Below, in pieces: positions 1 to 9,088 of a DNA stretch of 64,000 bases. Below the pieces are notes generated by a model. It was not told the origin of the DNA. It did not search any database and worked only from the letters and a program-made list of their open reading frames with translations. The stretch is from a virus. The stretch covers positions 45,431 to 109,430 of the IMG/VR virus record IMGVR_UViG_3300017973_000001; one strand, given 5' to 3'. The position numbers were made by a program, and so were the translations under genes. Position 1 is the first letter of the stretch. The number at the start of each line of letters is the position of its first letter.

Positions 1-197
1 CTTCCCCTCTTTTGAGTTCTTTTGGAGAAGGGTGTTTTGTCCATCCTACAATTTGGTGGCCTCTTTCTTGTTGTCTACGTTCTGCTCTATTCATATGTAT
101 ATCAATTCTCCTTTTCTTACTTCAATTACTTAATTATATCTCCCCCACTTCTTATAAATAAAGAGGTAGCACCTAACAATTAAGGGGGATTTTTTCC

Positions 198-608
198 ATG
201 ATGACTATTAAAACTGAAGAACAACAAGTTACTGAATTAATGCTTGAATCATTAATCGAGAAGTTTATCCATGTTCCAAAAAATATGCATGACAACCTTC
301 AAGAAAACGGTCAATCAGAAAAAGTAAATGTATGGTTTGCCGGCAAGGTGGCCGGTTTCGAAAAAGCAGTTATCCGTTATGACTATGAAACTGCTACTTA
401 TGTAGACGAGGCAAAAATCTATTACAACGTACTTCTAAGTGATGGTATGGCTTACGTACTAGGTGAAGAAGTTGTAATTAACTTAATCAGTGAAGATGAG
501 TTTGCTGACTTACTTGCTAGATTCCAAGCTGAAAATTCAATGACTGAGGCTGGCCAAGAGATCATTGAAGGTCAAAACAAGATTTTAATTCCCGGTGAGG
601 ATTTCTAA
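198..608 (+). CDS. hypothetical acidic protein
   Basis: ORF with SD AAGGGGG; stop overlaps next start. Confidence 0.75.
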   Translation: MMTIKTEEQQVTELMLESLIEKFIHVPKNMHDNLQENGQSEKVNVWFAGKVAGFEKAVIRYDYETATYVDEAKIYYNVLLSDGMAYVLGEEVVINLISEDEFADLLARFQAENSMTEAGQEIIEGQNKILIPGEDF

Positions 609-1309
609 TGAAAGACTTTCACACGGAACTAGAAAAACACTTGTCAGCTAAGAGTGAAATGTTCCCGGAGGTTGGGGCTAAATCAAGTCCCCTCCCTCCT
701 ATTATCGCTTTTGAAGGTATAGACGCATGTGGTAAAGAGACTCAAACAAAAATGTTATCTGAAGCGTTACATAACTCCGGATACATGGTTTGGTCTGAGA
801 CATTCCCTCGTTATCATACCCCAATCGGTAAATTAATCCGTTCCTGGTTAACTGGGAAGGTTGCAATAAATGATGAAGCTTTACACATGCTCTATGAAGC
901 TGACCGTTACGACTTTAAATTCGAGCTTGAGTTCTTTGAAGATAACCATGACGTATGTGACTTAATCATCTTAGATCGTTTCACTTTATCGAATTTAGCT
1001 TTTGCTAAGGCTAAAGGAATTGACGAGTCCTGGTTACTCAAATTGCAGTCTGCAATTCCGAAACCGGACTTAACCATCATTTTAGATATACCAGTAGAGG
1101 AGTCATTCAGCCGTAGAACTACTAGAGATAAGCATGAGAAAGACACTGAACTACTAGGTAAAGTGAGAAATGAATACAAAGAGCTAGCTAAAAACTCTAG
1201 CAAACTAGGTCAACAAATTATCATCCTAGACGGTACTAAAAGTCCTCAAGCAATACACGAAAATATCATGACGTTCATACATAAAAACTCAATAATACCA
1301 ACGCTTTGA
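608..1309 (+). CDS. tmk: thymidylate kinase
   Basis: IIAFEGIDACGKETQ P-loop, LYEADR, IILDRF and PDLTIILD motifs. Confidence 0.93.
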   Translation: MKDFHTELEKHLSAKSEMFPEVGAKSSPLPPIIAFEGIDACGKETQTKMLSEALHNSGYMVWSETFPRYHTPIGKLIRSWLTGKVAINDEALHMLYEADRYDFKFELEFFEDNHDVCDLIILDRFTLSNLAFAKAKGIDESWLLKLQSAIPKPDLTIILDIPVEESFSRRTTRDKHEKDTELLGKVRNEYKELAKNSSKLGQQIIILDGTKSPQAIHENIMTFIHKNSIIPTL

Positions 1310-1351
1310 CCCCATCTGTCTATCCTAAATGTGAAAAGGAGGTTGAAAATT

Positions 1352-1660
1352 ATGAAAGTTTTTAAAGATGACATAATCCGTGAGTATTCACAACGTCAAG
1401 GCATTAATGGTTCTGAAGCTAAAAGACGTTTCGACGACATAATCGACATTATTACTGAAAATCTTATTGCCGGTAATGACATAAAAATACCTAACTTCTT
1501 TAACTTCTTTGTAAAAGAATTGAAAGCTAAGCCAGGTATTAATCCGATCACAAAGGACCCAATCATTATCCAGGCAACTAAGACGATCCAGGTCAAAATG
1601 ACAAAGCCATTAAAGGATCAGTTAAAGGCTAACAATCTACCAAAATACTTATACGAATAA
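1352..1660 (+). CDS. HU/IHF-family DNA-binding protein
   Basis: IKIPNFFNF..KPGINPITKDPIII arm motif; SD AAGGAGG favours ATG at 1352. Confidence 0.88.
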   Translation: MKVFKDDIIREYSQRQGINGSEAKRRFDDIIDIITENLIAGNDIKIPNFFNFFVKELKAKPGINPITKDPIIIQATKTIQVKMTKPLKDQLKANNLPKYLYE

Positions 1661-1684
1661 ACTATCAAAGGAGGGCTCAACATC

Positions 1685-2476
1685 TTGTTACCACATCACA
1701 TTCAACAAAATCTACAACAAAATAAACTATACTACTCAATGGATGAAGTTGAGAACATAATCAGAGCTAAAACTGACGCTGATTATTTGGGTGATGTAGT
1801 CATTGCAAACGAAAGTTTAATATGGCATGCAGTATACAAGTATGTTGGTAGCCCTAAATACATAACCCGAAATGGTGGCCTTGAAAAAGACGACATTCTT
1901 CAGTTAGGTCGCTTAGGTTTTATAAAAGCCGTTTATGCATTTGATATTAACCGTGGTGTCAAATTTAGTAGTTTCTCAGTGACGGCCATATTTAGAGAAG
2001 TACGTTGTTTTTTACGTGATAGCTCTAGTATTATTCGTCCTACACGTACTGCTAATAGCTTAATAAATAGATTGCGTTCACTAGAATTGAAGTTAGGCTA
2101 CCTACCCCATACATCTGAATTATCAGTGTTATTGGATGAGGATGAATCTAAGATTATTAAAGCATTATTAGTAGGTCAAAATATCAAATATTTGGACGAG
2201 CCAGTAAAAAGTAAGATTGAATTTTTGGAGATACCAATATCAATGACTGATAACTTATTGTCAGACATTGATGAAGATACCATTCTTGATGAAGTGTATC
2301 TAAACAACATCACCGAAAAATTGGCTCAGAAATTGACTGACGTTGAAATGGAAGTCTTTAAAAATAGACTATCCGGGTTGAATCAGACTCAAACTGCTAA
2401 AAAGCAAAACATATCTCAAATGCGAGTTTCTAGGATCACTAGAAAAATAGCTAAGTTAATTCGAGAAGAAATGTAA
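1685..2476 (+). CDS. sigma-70 family factor, SigB/SigF/SigG type
   Basis: DDILQLGRLGFIKAVYAFD..GVKFSSF region 2; TQTAKKQNISQMRVSRI region 4. Confidence 0.9.
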   Translation: MLPHHIQQNLQQNKLYYSMDEVENIIRAKTDADYLGDVVIANESLIWHAVYKYVGSPKYITRNGGLEKDDILQLGRLGFIKAVYAFDINRGVKFSSFSVTAIFREVRCFLRDSSSIIRPTRTANSLINRLRSLELKLGYLPHTSELSVLLDEDESKIIKALLVGQNIKYLDEPVKSKIEFLEIPISMTDNLLSDIDEDTILDEVYLNNITEKLAQKLTDVEMEVFKNRLSGLNQTQTAKKQNISQMRVSRITRKIAKLIREEM

Positions 2477-2499
2477 GCTAGGAATATACCTAGCTTTTT
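2477..2499. terminator. intrinsic terminator between convergent genes
   Basis: AAGCTAGG-aatata-CCTAGCTTTTT. Confidence 0.7.
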
Positions 2500-2610
2500 C
2501 TATTCGCAATCCTCACATGTTCTTGGGTGGCCTGGGGCTTTCTCATCAATAAACACCCCACAAAATTGACATAAATATCCTTCAATGACTAATTCAGCTA
2601 CTTCGCCCAT
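2500..2610 (-). CDS. 36-aa zinc-finger microprotein (not in ORF track)
   Basis: MGEVAELVIEGYLCQFCGVFIDEKAPGHPRTCEDCE; SD AAGGGGAG; two CxxC. Confidence 0.7.
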   Translation of the reverse strand: MGEVAELVIEGYLCQFCGVFIDEKAPGHPRTCEDCE

Positions 2611-2639
2611 TATTACTCCCCTTTTCTTGTTGTATTATT

Positions 2640-4082
2640 CTAGAAGACCTCGGAAGTATCTCCGAATGACATAGCAACCCTTACAAACTCAGTCACATTG
2701 TCAAACTTAGTCCTTATAGACCTTAGTGAATTTGCTAGGAAATCTGCTATTATCCCATTCAAATCATGTGGGTATAGATTTATCCCCTTTTTAACCAATG
2801 TTTTCACAGTTGAATAAGCCTCATCTTTTGTAAAGCTTAAGTCTTTCACTAACCGATTGCAAATATCCCCCGGATATTCCTTAACTACTTCTACTGCTTC
2901 AGCATTAGGTTTATTCTCAAGCCAATTATGGAACGGTATCTTGCCAGTGTATGGAGTCTCCACTTTAGGTTCCAATTCATCTTTTGCTATTTGGTTGGTT
3001 TTTTGATTACCAATTTCATTGTCTATGAACCTAGCAAAACAACTTCCAGGAGACGAAACTGCATTTTTATATTTATACTTCTTGTAGTCAATTAAAGTTT
3101 GTTGGACTACTAAGTTAGAAATCTCAGTATGCCTGTACACCTTATATAGCTTATTAAGTGCTTGTAGTATCTGCCCTTCTGTAAACCCATTGTTAGACAT
3201 TACTTGATAAATATTTTGATAACTTAAATTAGTTTGTAACACATTTAATATTTCTTCGTCATCATGCTTTTTCTTTGGTTCTATTTCTTGATTATATTCA
3301 TATTCTGTTATAGGAGCCTTATCATGATGATTATTATATAGTGTATTACCATTATAAGTATGGAAAGTAAGTATGCTTATTAATAGGGATTCAATTCGTT
3401 GAACCTGGTCGCTTAACTCATTTGAACCCCCTATTTCTACTGAAGTGTTGGTATCACTAGGTTTTTCGGGAGGAGCTTCAGATTGAACTTCTTTTTGAAC
3501 CCCTGGAATTTTGAACCCTTCAGCTTCAGCTAGGTCCTCTATAGTTATTCCGTTTTTACGCATAAGCTCACGGATTTTATCTATTGGGCTAACTGCGTTT
3601 TTTAAGCGAGTAATTAGACTCTTTTTAGCCCCTTCAATACCGGATTTACGGTGTTTAACGTTAAGCTCCTTATGGTTGCGTACTTTAACAAGAGGTTTAT
3701 TACGTAACTCATAATCCCCTAATGGATAGTTCTGAATTATAACGACTGTTTTAGGAGTTCCAGTTGTATGTTCATTGGATTTTACAAAGTCTACTAACCC
3801 GTAGTCATACATTATGTTTAAATATTTACGCATTGTGTTAGAGGCTATACCACGGATTCTAGCCAACCCTTTAATTCCGTATGTAATTCTTCCAACGTTA
3901 CTCTCTTTAGTACGAGTAGCCATTGTATGTAGTTTACATAGTTCTAAGTAGACCTTGTCCCCTAATACGCCAATCCATTGGTCAATGCATGTATATGAAT
4001 TAAACGGTATATATAATTCATTACGTTTACGTTTTTTCTGTACATCAATATCTATAATATTTTCTGCATGCGAAAAAGACAT
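2640..4082 (-). CDS. HTH replication initiator protein
   Basis: N-terminal winged HTH (GIKGLARIRGIASNTMRKYLNIMYDYGLV), low-complexity linker with DNA iterons, KIPFHNWLE motif like Bacillus phage/plasmid Rep proteins. Confidence 0.7.
   Translation of the reverse strand: MSFSHAENIIDIDVQKKRKRNELYIPFNSYTCIDQWIGVLGDKVYLELCKLHTMATRTKESNVGRITYGIKGLARIRGIASNTMRKYLNIMYDYGLVDFVKSNEHTTGTPKTVVIIQNYPLGDYELRNKPLVKVRNHKELNVKHRKSGIEGAKKSLITRLKNAVSPIDKIRELMRKNGITIEDLAEAEGFKIPGVQKEVQSEAPPEKPSDTNTSVEIGGSNELSDQVQRIESLLISILTFHTYNGNTLYNNHHDKAPITEYEYNQEIEPKKKHDDEEILNVLQTNLSYQNIYQVMSNNGFTEGQILQALNKLYKVYRHTEISNLVVQQTLIDYKKYKYKNAVSSPGSCFARFIDNEIGNQKTNQIAKDELEPKVETPYTGKIPFHNWLENKPNAEAVEVVKEYPGDICNRLVKDLSFTKDEAYSTVKTLVKKGINLYPHDLNGIIADFLANSLRSIRTKFDNVTEFVRVAMSFGDTSEVF
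3399..3517. repeat. iterons inside rep (candidate origin)
   Basis: TTGAAC at 3399, 3422, 3483, 3495 and 3511, next to AT-rich 3230-3390. Confidence 0.55.
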
Positions 4083-4286
4083 TATTATGCGATCCTCCTA
4101 CAGAGTGGTCCCCAAAGAAAACCTCACACACACAACAACGTCTCTCTTTATCTATCTCTATATCTGTCTATTTACCCATAGATTTATTAAAATTTATATT
4201 ATATTCTATTAAAATATGTAATATTTTTTTAATAAAAAATGTACGGTAAAACCTTGCATACCCCTAATTTTATATGTATAATGGGG

Positions 4287-4370
4287 TTATCAATATTGTT
4301 TAAGCGTTTTTATACGCTTTGTTGTTGTGTGAGTGGTGAACTTTGGACGGTTGAACCACTCTTTTTTTTA
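4287..4370 (+). ncRNA. counter-transcribed antisense RNA in rep leader
   Basis: TTGCAT-17-TATAAT promoter (4254-4282); terminator GAGTGGT..ACCACTC-T8; opposite the rep leader. Confidence 0.65.
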
Positions 4371-4485
4371 TTTGATTAAGCACATAATACCATTGTCTAA
4401 AACGTTTGCATAGTCCCTATTTTAAATTTCCATAAAATATAAATATTTAGAACATTGTAAAATATACGGTAACACCATATAAATA

Positions 4486-4513
4486 AAGAGCTCCTAATGT
4501 GGGAGCTCTTTTT
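4486..4513. terminator. intrinsic terminator
   Basis: AAAGAGCTCC-taatgtg-GGAGCTCTTTTT. Confidence 0.7.
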
Positions 4514-4528
4514 GTTTGTCGAAATGTT

Positions 4529-4813
4529 TTAGTATTTTATTCCGGTATACTGTCTAAAATTTTTACCTCCGTCTTTCATGTAAGTCTTTAATTTATTCAT
4601 AAATTGTTCGTCCTGTAATGCAAGTTCGACAATAAATGCCTGGGCACTTCCTAAACTTCGATTACGTTTACAACGTTCATTAAAACGGGGGTGGCGAAAA
4701 TCAATGTTTTTACATACTTCCTCTAATGTAAAGAAATTCATACCAGTATAAGTACTAGTGACCCGTTCATATATTTCATGATTACCTTCATAAGTATGTT
4801 TCTTTTTAGCCAT
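4529..4813 (-). CDS. hypothetical protein
   Basis: ORF with SD AAGGGGG. Confidence 0.7.
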   Translation of the reverse strand: MAKKKHTYEGNHEIYERVTSTYTGMNFFTLEEVCKNIDFRHPRFNERCKRNRSLGSAQAFIVELALQDEQFMNKLKTYMKDGGKNFRQYTGIKY

Positions 4814-4888
4814 AGTAAAAAGCCCCCCTTCTCTTTGTAAGAGTATATGAGGGCTTTTCCAATTTTAGAACACAGAGCACACTAAAAG

Positions 4889-5599
4889 TTAGATTTCATC
4901 AAAGAATTTTGTAGTCCACGGTGAAGCTTCTTCAACTTCCTTACGGATCAACTCAGCTAACTCCTGGATTTCATCTTGTGCATGCGTACCTTTACGTCTC
5001 TTAGAATAAAAATCTAGTATTCCACGTAAGTTACCAGTCATTACAAAATTACATGAAGCTGACAACGGTAAAGCCATACGTGCTTTTTCTGCTGATACAC
5101 CTAACTCGCGTAATTTATCATAAGCAACCTGGGACTGATCCATTGCGTCTAGGAAAGTTTCTAATGCCTCCCCTTCTAGACCGTCCGGAACAACAAATGA
5201 CATTCCTTGAGATTTATCTTCGCTACCAAACTTTACATATCGCATACTTTGAACACTAAATGAGTACATACGGTGGCGAGTAATCTGTCCAAGAAGAACT
5301 CTCGATACCCCTTCGACTGCAAATGTGTAGTTGTCATGTTCTAATGTACTAGTATGGCCACTACGTACAATGTGACGAATTAAACGGTCAGATTCAGTTC
5401 CACCTTCCCCGTCTTTTGCTATTTCGCCAAAATATTTTCCCCCTTCAACCTCTACGATCTCAGTTGGTTTCAAGTGAGAATAACATGTACGAATTGCAGT
5501 TAGTGATAAGATTTCGCTATCTTTCACATTTCTATACTTAGCTAATTTTTTCCTAAATTTGTCGGATAATTGTGTATGTGCTAGTAACGTGATTTCCAT
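4889..5599 (-). CDS. thyX: flavin-dependent thymidylate synthase
   Basis: GHTSTLEH, RHRMYSFSVQSMRY (RHRx7S) and HAQDEI motifs. Confidence 0.96.
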   Translation of the reverse strand: MEITLLAHTQLSDKFRKKLAKYRNVKDSEILSLTAIRTCYSHLKPTEIVEVEGGKYFGEIAKDGEGGTESDRLIRHIVRSGHTSTLEHDNYTFAVEGVSRVLLGQITRHRMYSFSVQSMRYVKFGSEDKSQGMSFVVPDGLEGEALETFLDAMDQSQVAYDKLRELGVSAEKARMALPLSASCNFVMTGNLRGILDFYSKRRKGTHAQDEIQELAELIRKEVEEASPWTTKFFDEI

Positions 5600-5678
5600 A
5601 ATTCAGCAATTTCCCCTTTTCGTTCGACTATGTAGGTTAGACCTCACATAGTTCTTATACGAAAAAGAGAGACGTTAA

Positions 5679-5870
5679 TTAACGTCCCCTTTTCTTCATT
5701 CTCTTGCTGAGAGTTTTCATTACTATCACACACTCATCTGAACAGATGTAAGTAGCAAAATCATTATGAATTTGGTAAGTGTGTTTACCACAAACACCAC
5801 ATTCCCCGGCTTGCTCTACATTGTAAGTCAATACTTCTGACTTGTTTTTTAATATAGCTTTATTCTCCAT
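5679..5870 (-). CDS. small zinc-binding protein
   Basis: CGVC..CSDEC; SD AGGGGG. Confidence 0.65.
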   Translation of the reverse strand: MENKAILKNKSEVLTYNVEQAGECGVCGKHTYQIHNDFATYICSDECVIVMKTLSKRMKKRGR

Positions 5871-6044
5871 AATGTACTGACCCCCTAGAATAAGTTAAGC
5901 CCCATTAAGGGGCCCCGGAAGAAAATAAAATCCACACATTAACTTATACTACTTAGTCAGCCTGGAAGTTAATTTTTATCATAAAATAAATTATTTTACG
6001 TTTTCTATGTATAAAATATTATTCGTTTGGCAATACTAATAATA

Positions 6045-6230
6045 CTGAAGAATGGTAACAAGTAAACTTTCTGAAGTGATCTGAGTTTGCTAATTGTTAT
6101 TGGGTTATTATTTTGTTACCCTATTCCCTACCTAAAAATTTTTCTATCACTCCGTCCCCTCCTTAGACCTAAACTGCGTTATTGTGTGCAGAGCACATTA
6201 ATGCATGGTCGAGAGGAGGAGGCTTTTTTA
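6045..6230 (+). ncRNA. candidate sRNA from a SigF/SigG-type promoter
   Basis: GTATA-15-GGCAATACTA (6009-6038); two long hairpins, pyrimidine-rich linker, U-tract; no ORF. Confidence 0.55.
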
Positions 6231-6267
6231 TTTTTATTCTATTAATATAGTAACCTATAAGTATACA

Positions 6268-6303
6268 AAAACCCCTTAAAGGAACATTCCTCTAAGGGGT
6301 TTA
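6268..6303 (-). terminator. terminator after par operon
   Basis: AAACCCCTTA..TAAGGGGTTT hairpin. Confidence 0.65.
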
Positions 6304-6314
6304 CTATTTTAATA

Positions 6315-6701
6315 TTAAGATAGACGGCCACTTATCATTTCGTCAGAAAATCTTTTTTCTAGCTCCTCATTTTTACCAGTCTCTTTTTTAGGTATTTGAG
6401 GCTTAACTGGTTTTTGTGTCGGTGGCTTAATAGGTTTAGTCTTAGGTTGCTCCACTTCCTCCATAATTTCTATATCAGTATTGTTACTTAATATATTTTG
6501 GATAAAGTCATTATGATTATTCTTAATCTCAAAACCACGGTATTTTAACCCGTCATAGAGAAGATCACGGACAAACTCACTCAACTCACCTTTAGGTAGG
6601 TTATCAAGAATTGACACTAGCTCTTTATCTCGTACACTTCTAAGTGAGAAAGAAAAGATTGGACTTCTTTTCCCACCGTCAGCAGTTTTTTGGTTAGCCA
6701 T
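6315..6701 (-). CDS. ParR-like centromere-binding adaptor
   Basis: ribbon-helix-helix-like IFSFSL..LSEFVRDLLYDGL directly after the actin-like gene; Pro/Lys-rich tail. Confidence 0.7.
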   Translation of the reverse strand: MANQKTADGGKRSPIFSFSLRSVRDKELVSILDNLPKGELSEFVRDLLYDGLKYRGFEIKNNHNDFIQNILSNNTDIEIMEEVEQPKTKPIKPPTQKPVKPQIPKKETGKNEELEKRFSDEMISGRLS

Positions 6702-6715
6702 GATAACCCTCCTAT

Positions 6716-7774
6716 TTATGATTTTTTACGTGATTTTCCGTAAGTTTCTCTTGCAGAACGGTTAGCTAATTTATGGTACCCACGAACACATGAGAATCTA
6801 CCTTCATTAACGATTTCAGCTCTAGGGAAGTTTGCTTTTAATATTGGAGTTATGTACTTACGTAGTACGTCACAACCTCCCCCAGTAAGAATAATAGTGT
6901 CGATTTCACTCTTAATATGGATTAACTTTTTGTCGAGTTCACCTACTAAACTTTGAGCATGAATTTGATAATTCTCCTCAACAATTTTTCTAATATCAGT
7001 ATCATTTGAGATAAATCCGGATTGAACGTATTGTGGGATACGTGCAATATTTATGCTTTTACCATAATTAATTTCAATGTCGCTTTGAATACCGAGCCAC
7101 GCTTCATACATACCTTCGTTAAGCGTTGTATTAATTTCCGGGATTGGTGTAAATCCTCTTGAAGCAGTTAAATTCCATGTACGAGCGCCTAAATCAAATA
7201 CTATAGTAATTTTTGATAATTCTACACTGTCGGTAACAGAGCCATCATCTTGCAGTAGATAATTAGCAGTAGTACCAAAAGCCTGGTCCGTTATGAATGT
7301 CTTTTTAATATTTATAGCTTTTTGAATAATTGTCCCGTCAGCTAAAGTTACTTTCATTTCATGTGGTTTCTCAGTAAGTTTTTTTAATAATGCTATACGT
7401 TCCGGTACATATTGTTTAACTGGTAAGCCCATTACTAGTACATCTATGTCATCTTGATCCGGACCATTTTCTGTTAATAGCGTTAGCATTGTTTTAAACA
7501 GTGGGTCAAAATCATTTGCAAAATTATGTTTATTTTCTACGCCTTGCCACTTAGCTTTAGGGTTAAGATTTTGTGCTCCATACCCTACTAGCTTTCTAAT
7601 ATCATCACCGTATTCTACAGTTATATGGCTATGAGGCTCACTATAATCTCCGTCAATACCATTGTCTGGTTTTGGTACGAATTTGTGTACAAAATTAGGT
7701 AAAAATATCTCTAAATCGCCCTTTTTTCCTTTGAAATCTCCAAAGCCATCATCAATCCCAAGCACATTATACAT
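6716..7774 (-). CDS. parM: ParM/StbA actin-like segregation ATPase
   Basis: GIDDGFGDFK, LVMGLP, VFDLGARTWN and IILTGGG actin-fold motifs. Confidence 0.9.
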   Translation of the reverse strand: MYNVLGIDDGFGDFKGKKGDLEIFLPNFVHKFVPKPDNGIDGDYSEPHSHITVEYGDDIRKLVGYGAQNLNPKAKWQGVENKHNFANDFDPLFKTMLTLLTENGPDQDDIDVLVMGLPVKQYVPERIALLKKLTEKPHEMKVTLADGTIIQKAINIKKTFITDQAFGTTANYLLQDDGSVTDSVELSKITIVFDLGARTWNLTASRGFTPIPEINTTLNEGMYEAWLGIQSDIEINYGKSINIARIPQYVQSGFISNDTDIRKIVEENYQIHAQSLVGELDKKLIHIKSEIDTIILTGGGCDVLRKYITPILKANFPRAEIVNEGRFSCVRGYHKLANRSARETYGKSRKKS

Positions 7775-7864
7775 ATTAAATCCCTCCGGTTTTTAAAATA
7801 CTAAACTACTTACAGTTAAATATTACCATCTGTAAAACTAGTAATCAAGCTTTTTTATTGGTTA

Positions 7865-8025
7865 AACCTATAAAACTTATAAACTTTTTAATAATATGTT
7901 TTATTTTTACAATGAAAAAACTAAGAAAGTTTATAACATGTTATGAAAAAGTTTATAACATTTATGAACATGTTATGAAAAGTTATAAACTTTTATGAAT
8001 ATATTCATAAAAACTATTAACATTG
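7865..8025. repeat. parC-like centromere repeats
   Basis: dense AAAGTTTATAACAT / ACATGTTATGAAAA repeats upstream of parM. Confidence 0.7.
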
Positions 8026-8104
8026 GAGCTTTAAACCTACAAAATGCCTAACTAATACGTGGGTATATTGTCTAATCTAAGTTAGAAGTAGGGGAGGGGG
8101 TACT

Positions 8105-8479
8105 ATGTTGAAATTCAATCCATTCTCTAGCATTAGTAGTGTAGAAAAAGTAGGGATATGTTCTCTAACAATTTGGTGGGGGCTTATATCGATCTTGCCG
8201 TTAGGGAAACTATTAAGTGAGCCATACTACACTCTATTAGCTGAGGTCAAAGACACTGGTTTTCTAGTAATGATATTAGGTCTATTACTTCTGTATTCAT
8301 TTTTAAATCATAAAAGAAAACTAGAAAAGTTCTGCTTACTATTTCTCACTTTTTACTGGTTTTATGTCGCCAAACTAGTAAATATCGAGGAAACATTTTT
8401 TATGCCTAGCACCATCTATCTGTTAATTGGTCTAGTAACAAGTTATTTATACGTCAAAGTGGGGGTGTTGGAGAAATGA
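8105..8479 (+). CDS. membrane protein (~4 TM) of the lysis cassette
   Basis: hydrophobic segments; first gene of the unit ending in the endolysin. Confidence 0.65.
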   Translation: MLKFNPFSSISSVEKVGICSLTIWWGLISILPLGKLLSEPYYTLLAEVKDTGFLVMILGLLLLYSFLNHKRKLEKFCLLFLTFYWFYVAKLVNIEETFFMPSTIYLLIGLVTSYLYVKVGVLEK

Positions 8480-8823
8480 AACTAGATAGCACAGTTGTTA
8501 GCGCTCTATTTGGAGCTTCGGGAGTCGTTGTTACTAGCTTAGTAGGATTGATAGTAACAAAGGTCAATAACAAGAAAGACGTTAAACTCTCAACAAGCGA
8601 GCGACTGTCTAACGATCAAACACAATTCTACGAAATGGTCATGAATGAAATTAAAGAAGTAAAAAAACGAGCTGACGAGGTTGAGCAAGAACTTGTACAG
8701 TGGCGTGAGGAAGCATTACAACTACGGATAGAAAACAAATCTCTTAAAAATAGGGTGGAAGAACTTGAAAAACTGATTACAAAATATCAAAAGGGAGAGA
8801 TCAAAAATGAAACATATTCTTAA
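8476..8823 (+). CDS. TM plus coiled-coil protein (holin accessory)
   Basis: one N-terminal TM then coiled coil; coupled to neighbours. Confidence 0.65.
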   Translation: MKLDSTVVSALFGASGVVVTSLVGLIVTKVNNKKDVKLSTSERLSNDQTQFYEMVMNEIKEVKKRADEVEQELVQWREEALQLRIENKSLKNRVEELEKLITKYQKGEIKNETYS

Positions 8824-9043
8824 AGAAGGTTTTTCAATCAATGAAGCTAAGTTTTCAGTGATTGTTCTAATGACGTTAATTACGTTTGGTATAACGTTAT
8901 ACCAATTATTCAGTATAGGGCATATTACTAAGTCTTTACTGGACTTATTACAGTACCTATTGATGACTTTATTTGGAGTGAATGTTGCAAATGGAGTTAC
9001 TGGCGCTATATCAGATTTTAATAGCAATAAAGACGATAATTAA
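8807..9043 (+). CDS. holin
   Basis: 78 aa, two TM, charged C-terminus, directly before the endolysin. Confidence 0.6.
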   Translation: MKHILKEGFSINEAKFSVIVLMTLITFGITLYQLFSIGHITKSLLDLLQYLLMTLFGVNVANGVTGAISDFNSNKDDN

Positions 9044-9088
9044 CTTTCTACCTATACTAACGTATAAGATTAATAGGAGGGGATTAAT

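Noticed and set aside
1-60. Possible paralog of sRNA cassette 1 (shared TTTGGAGAAGG)
   Set aside because: Only an 11-nt match, truncated by the window edge, with no convincing promoter
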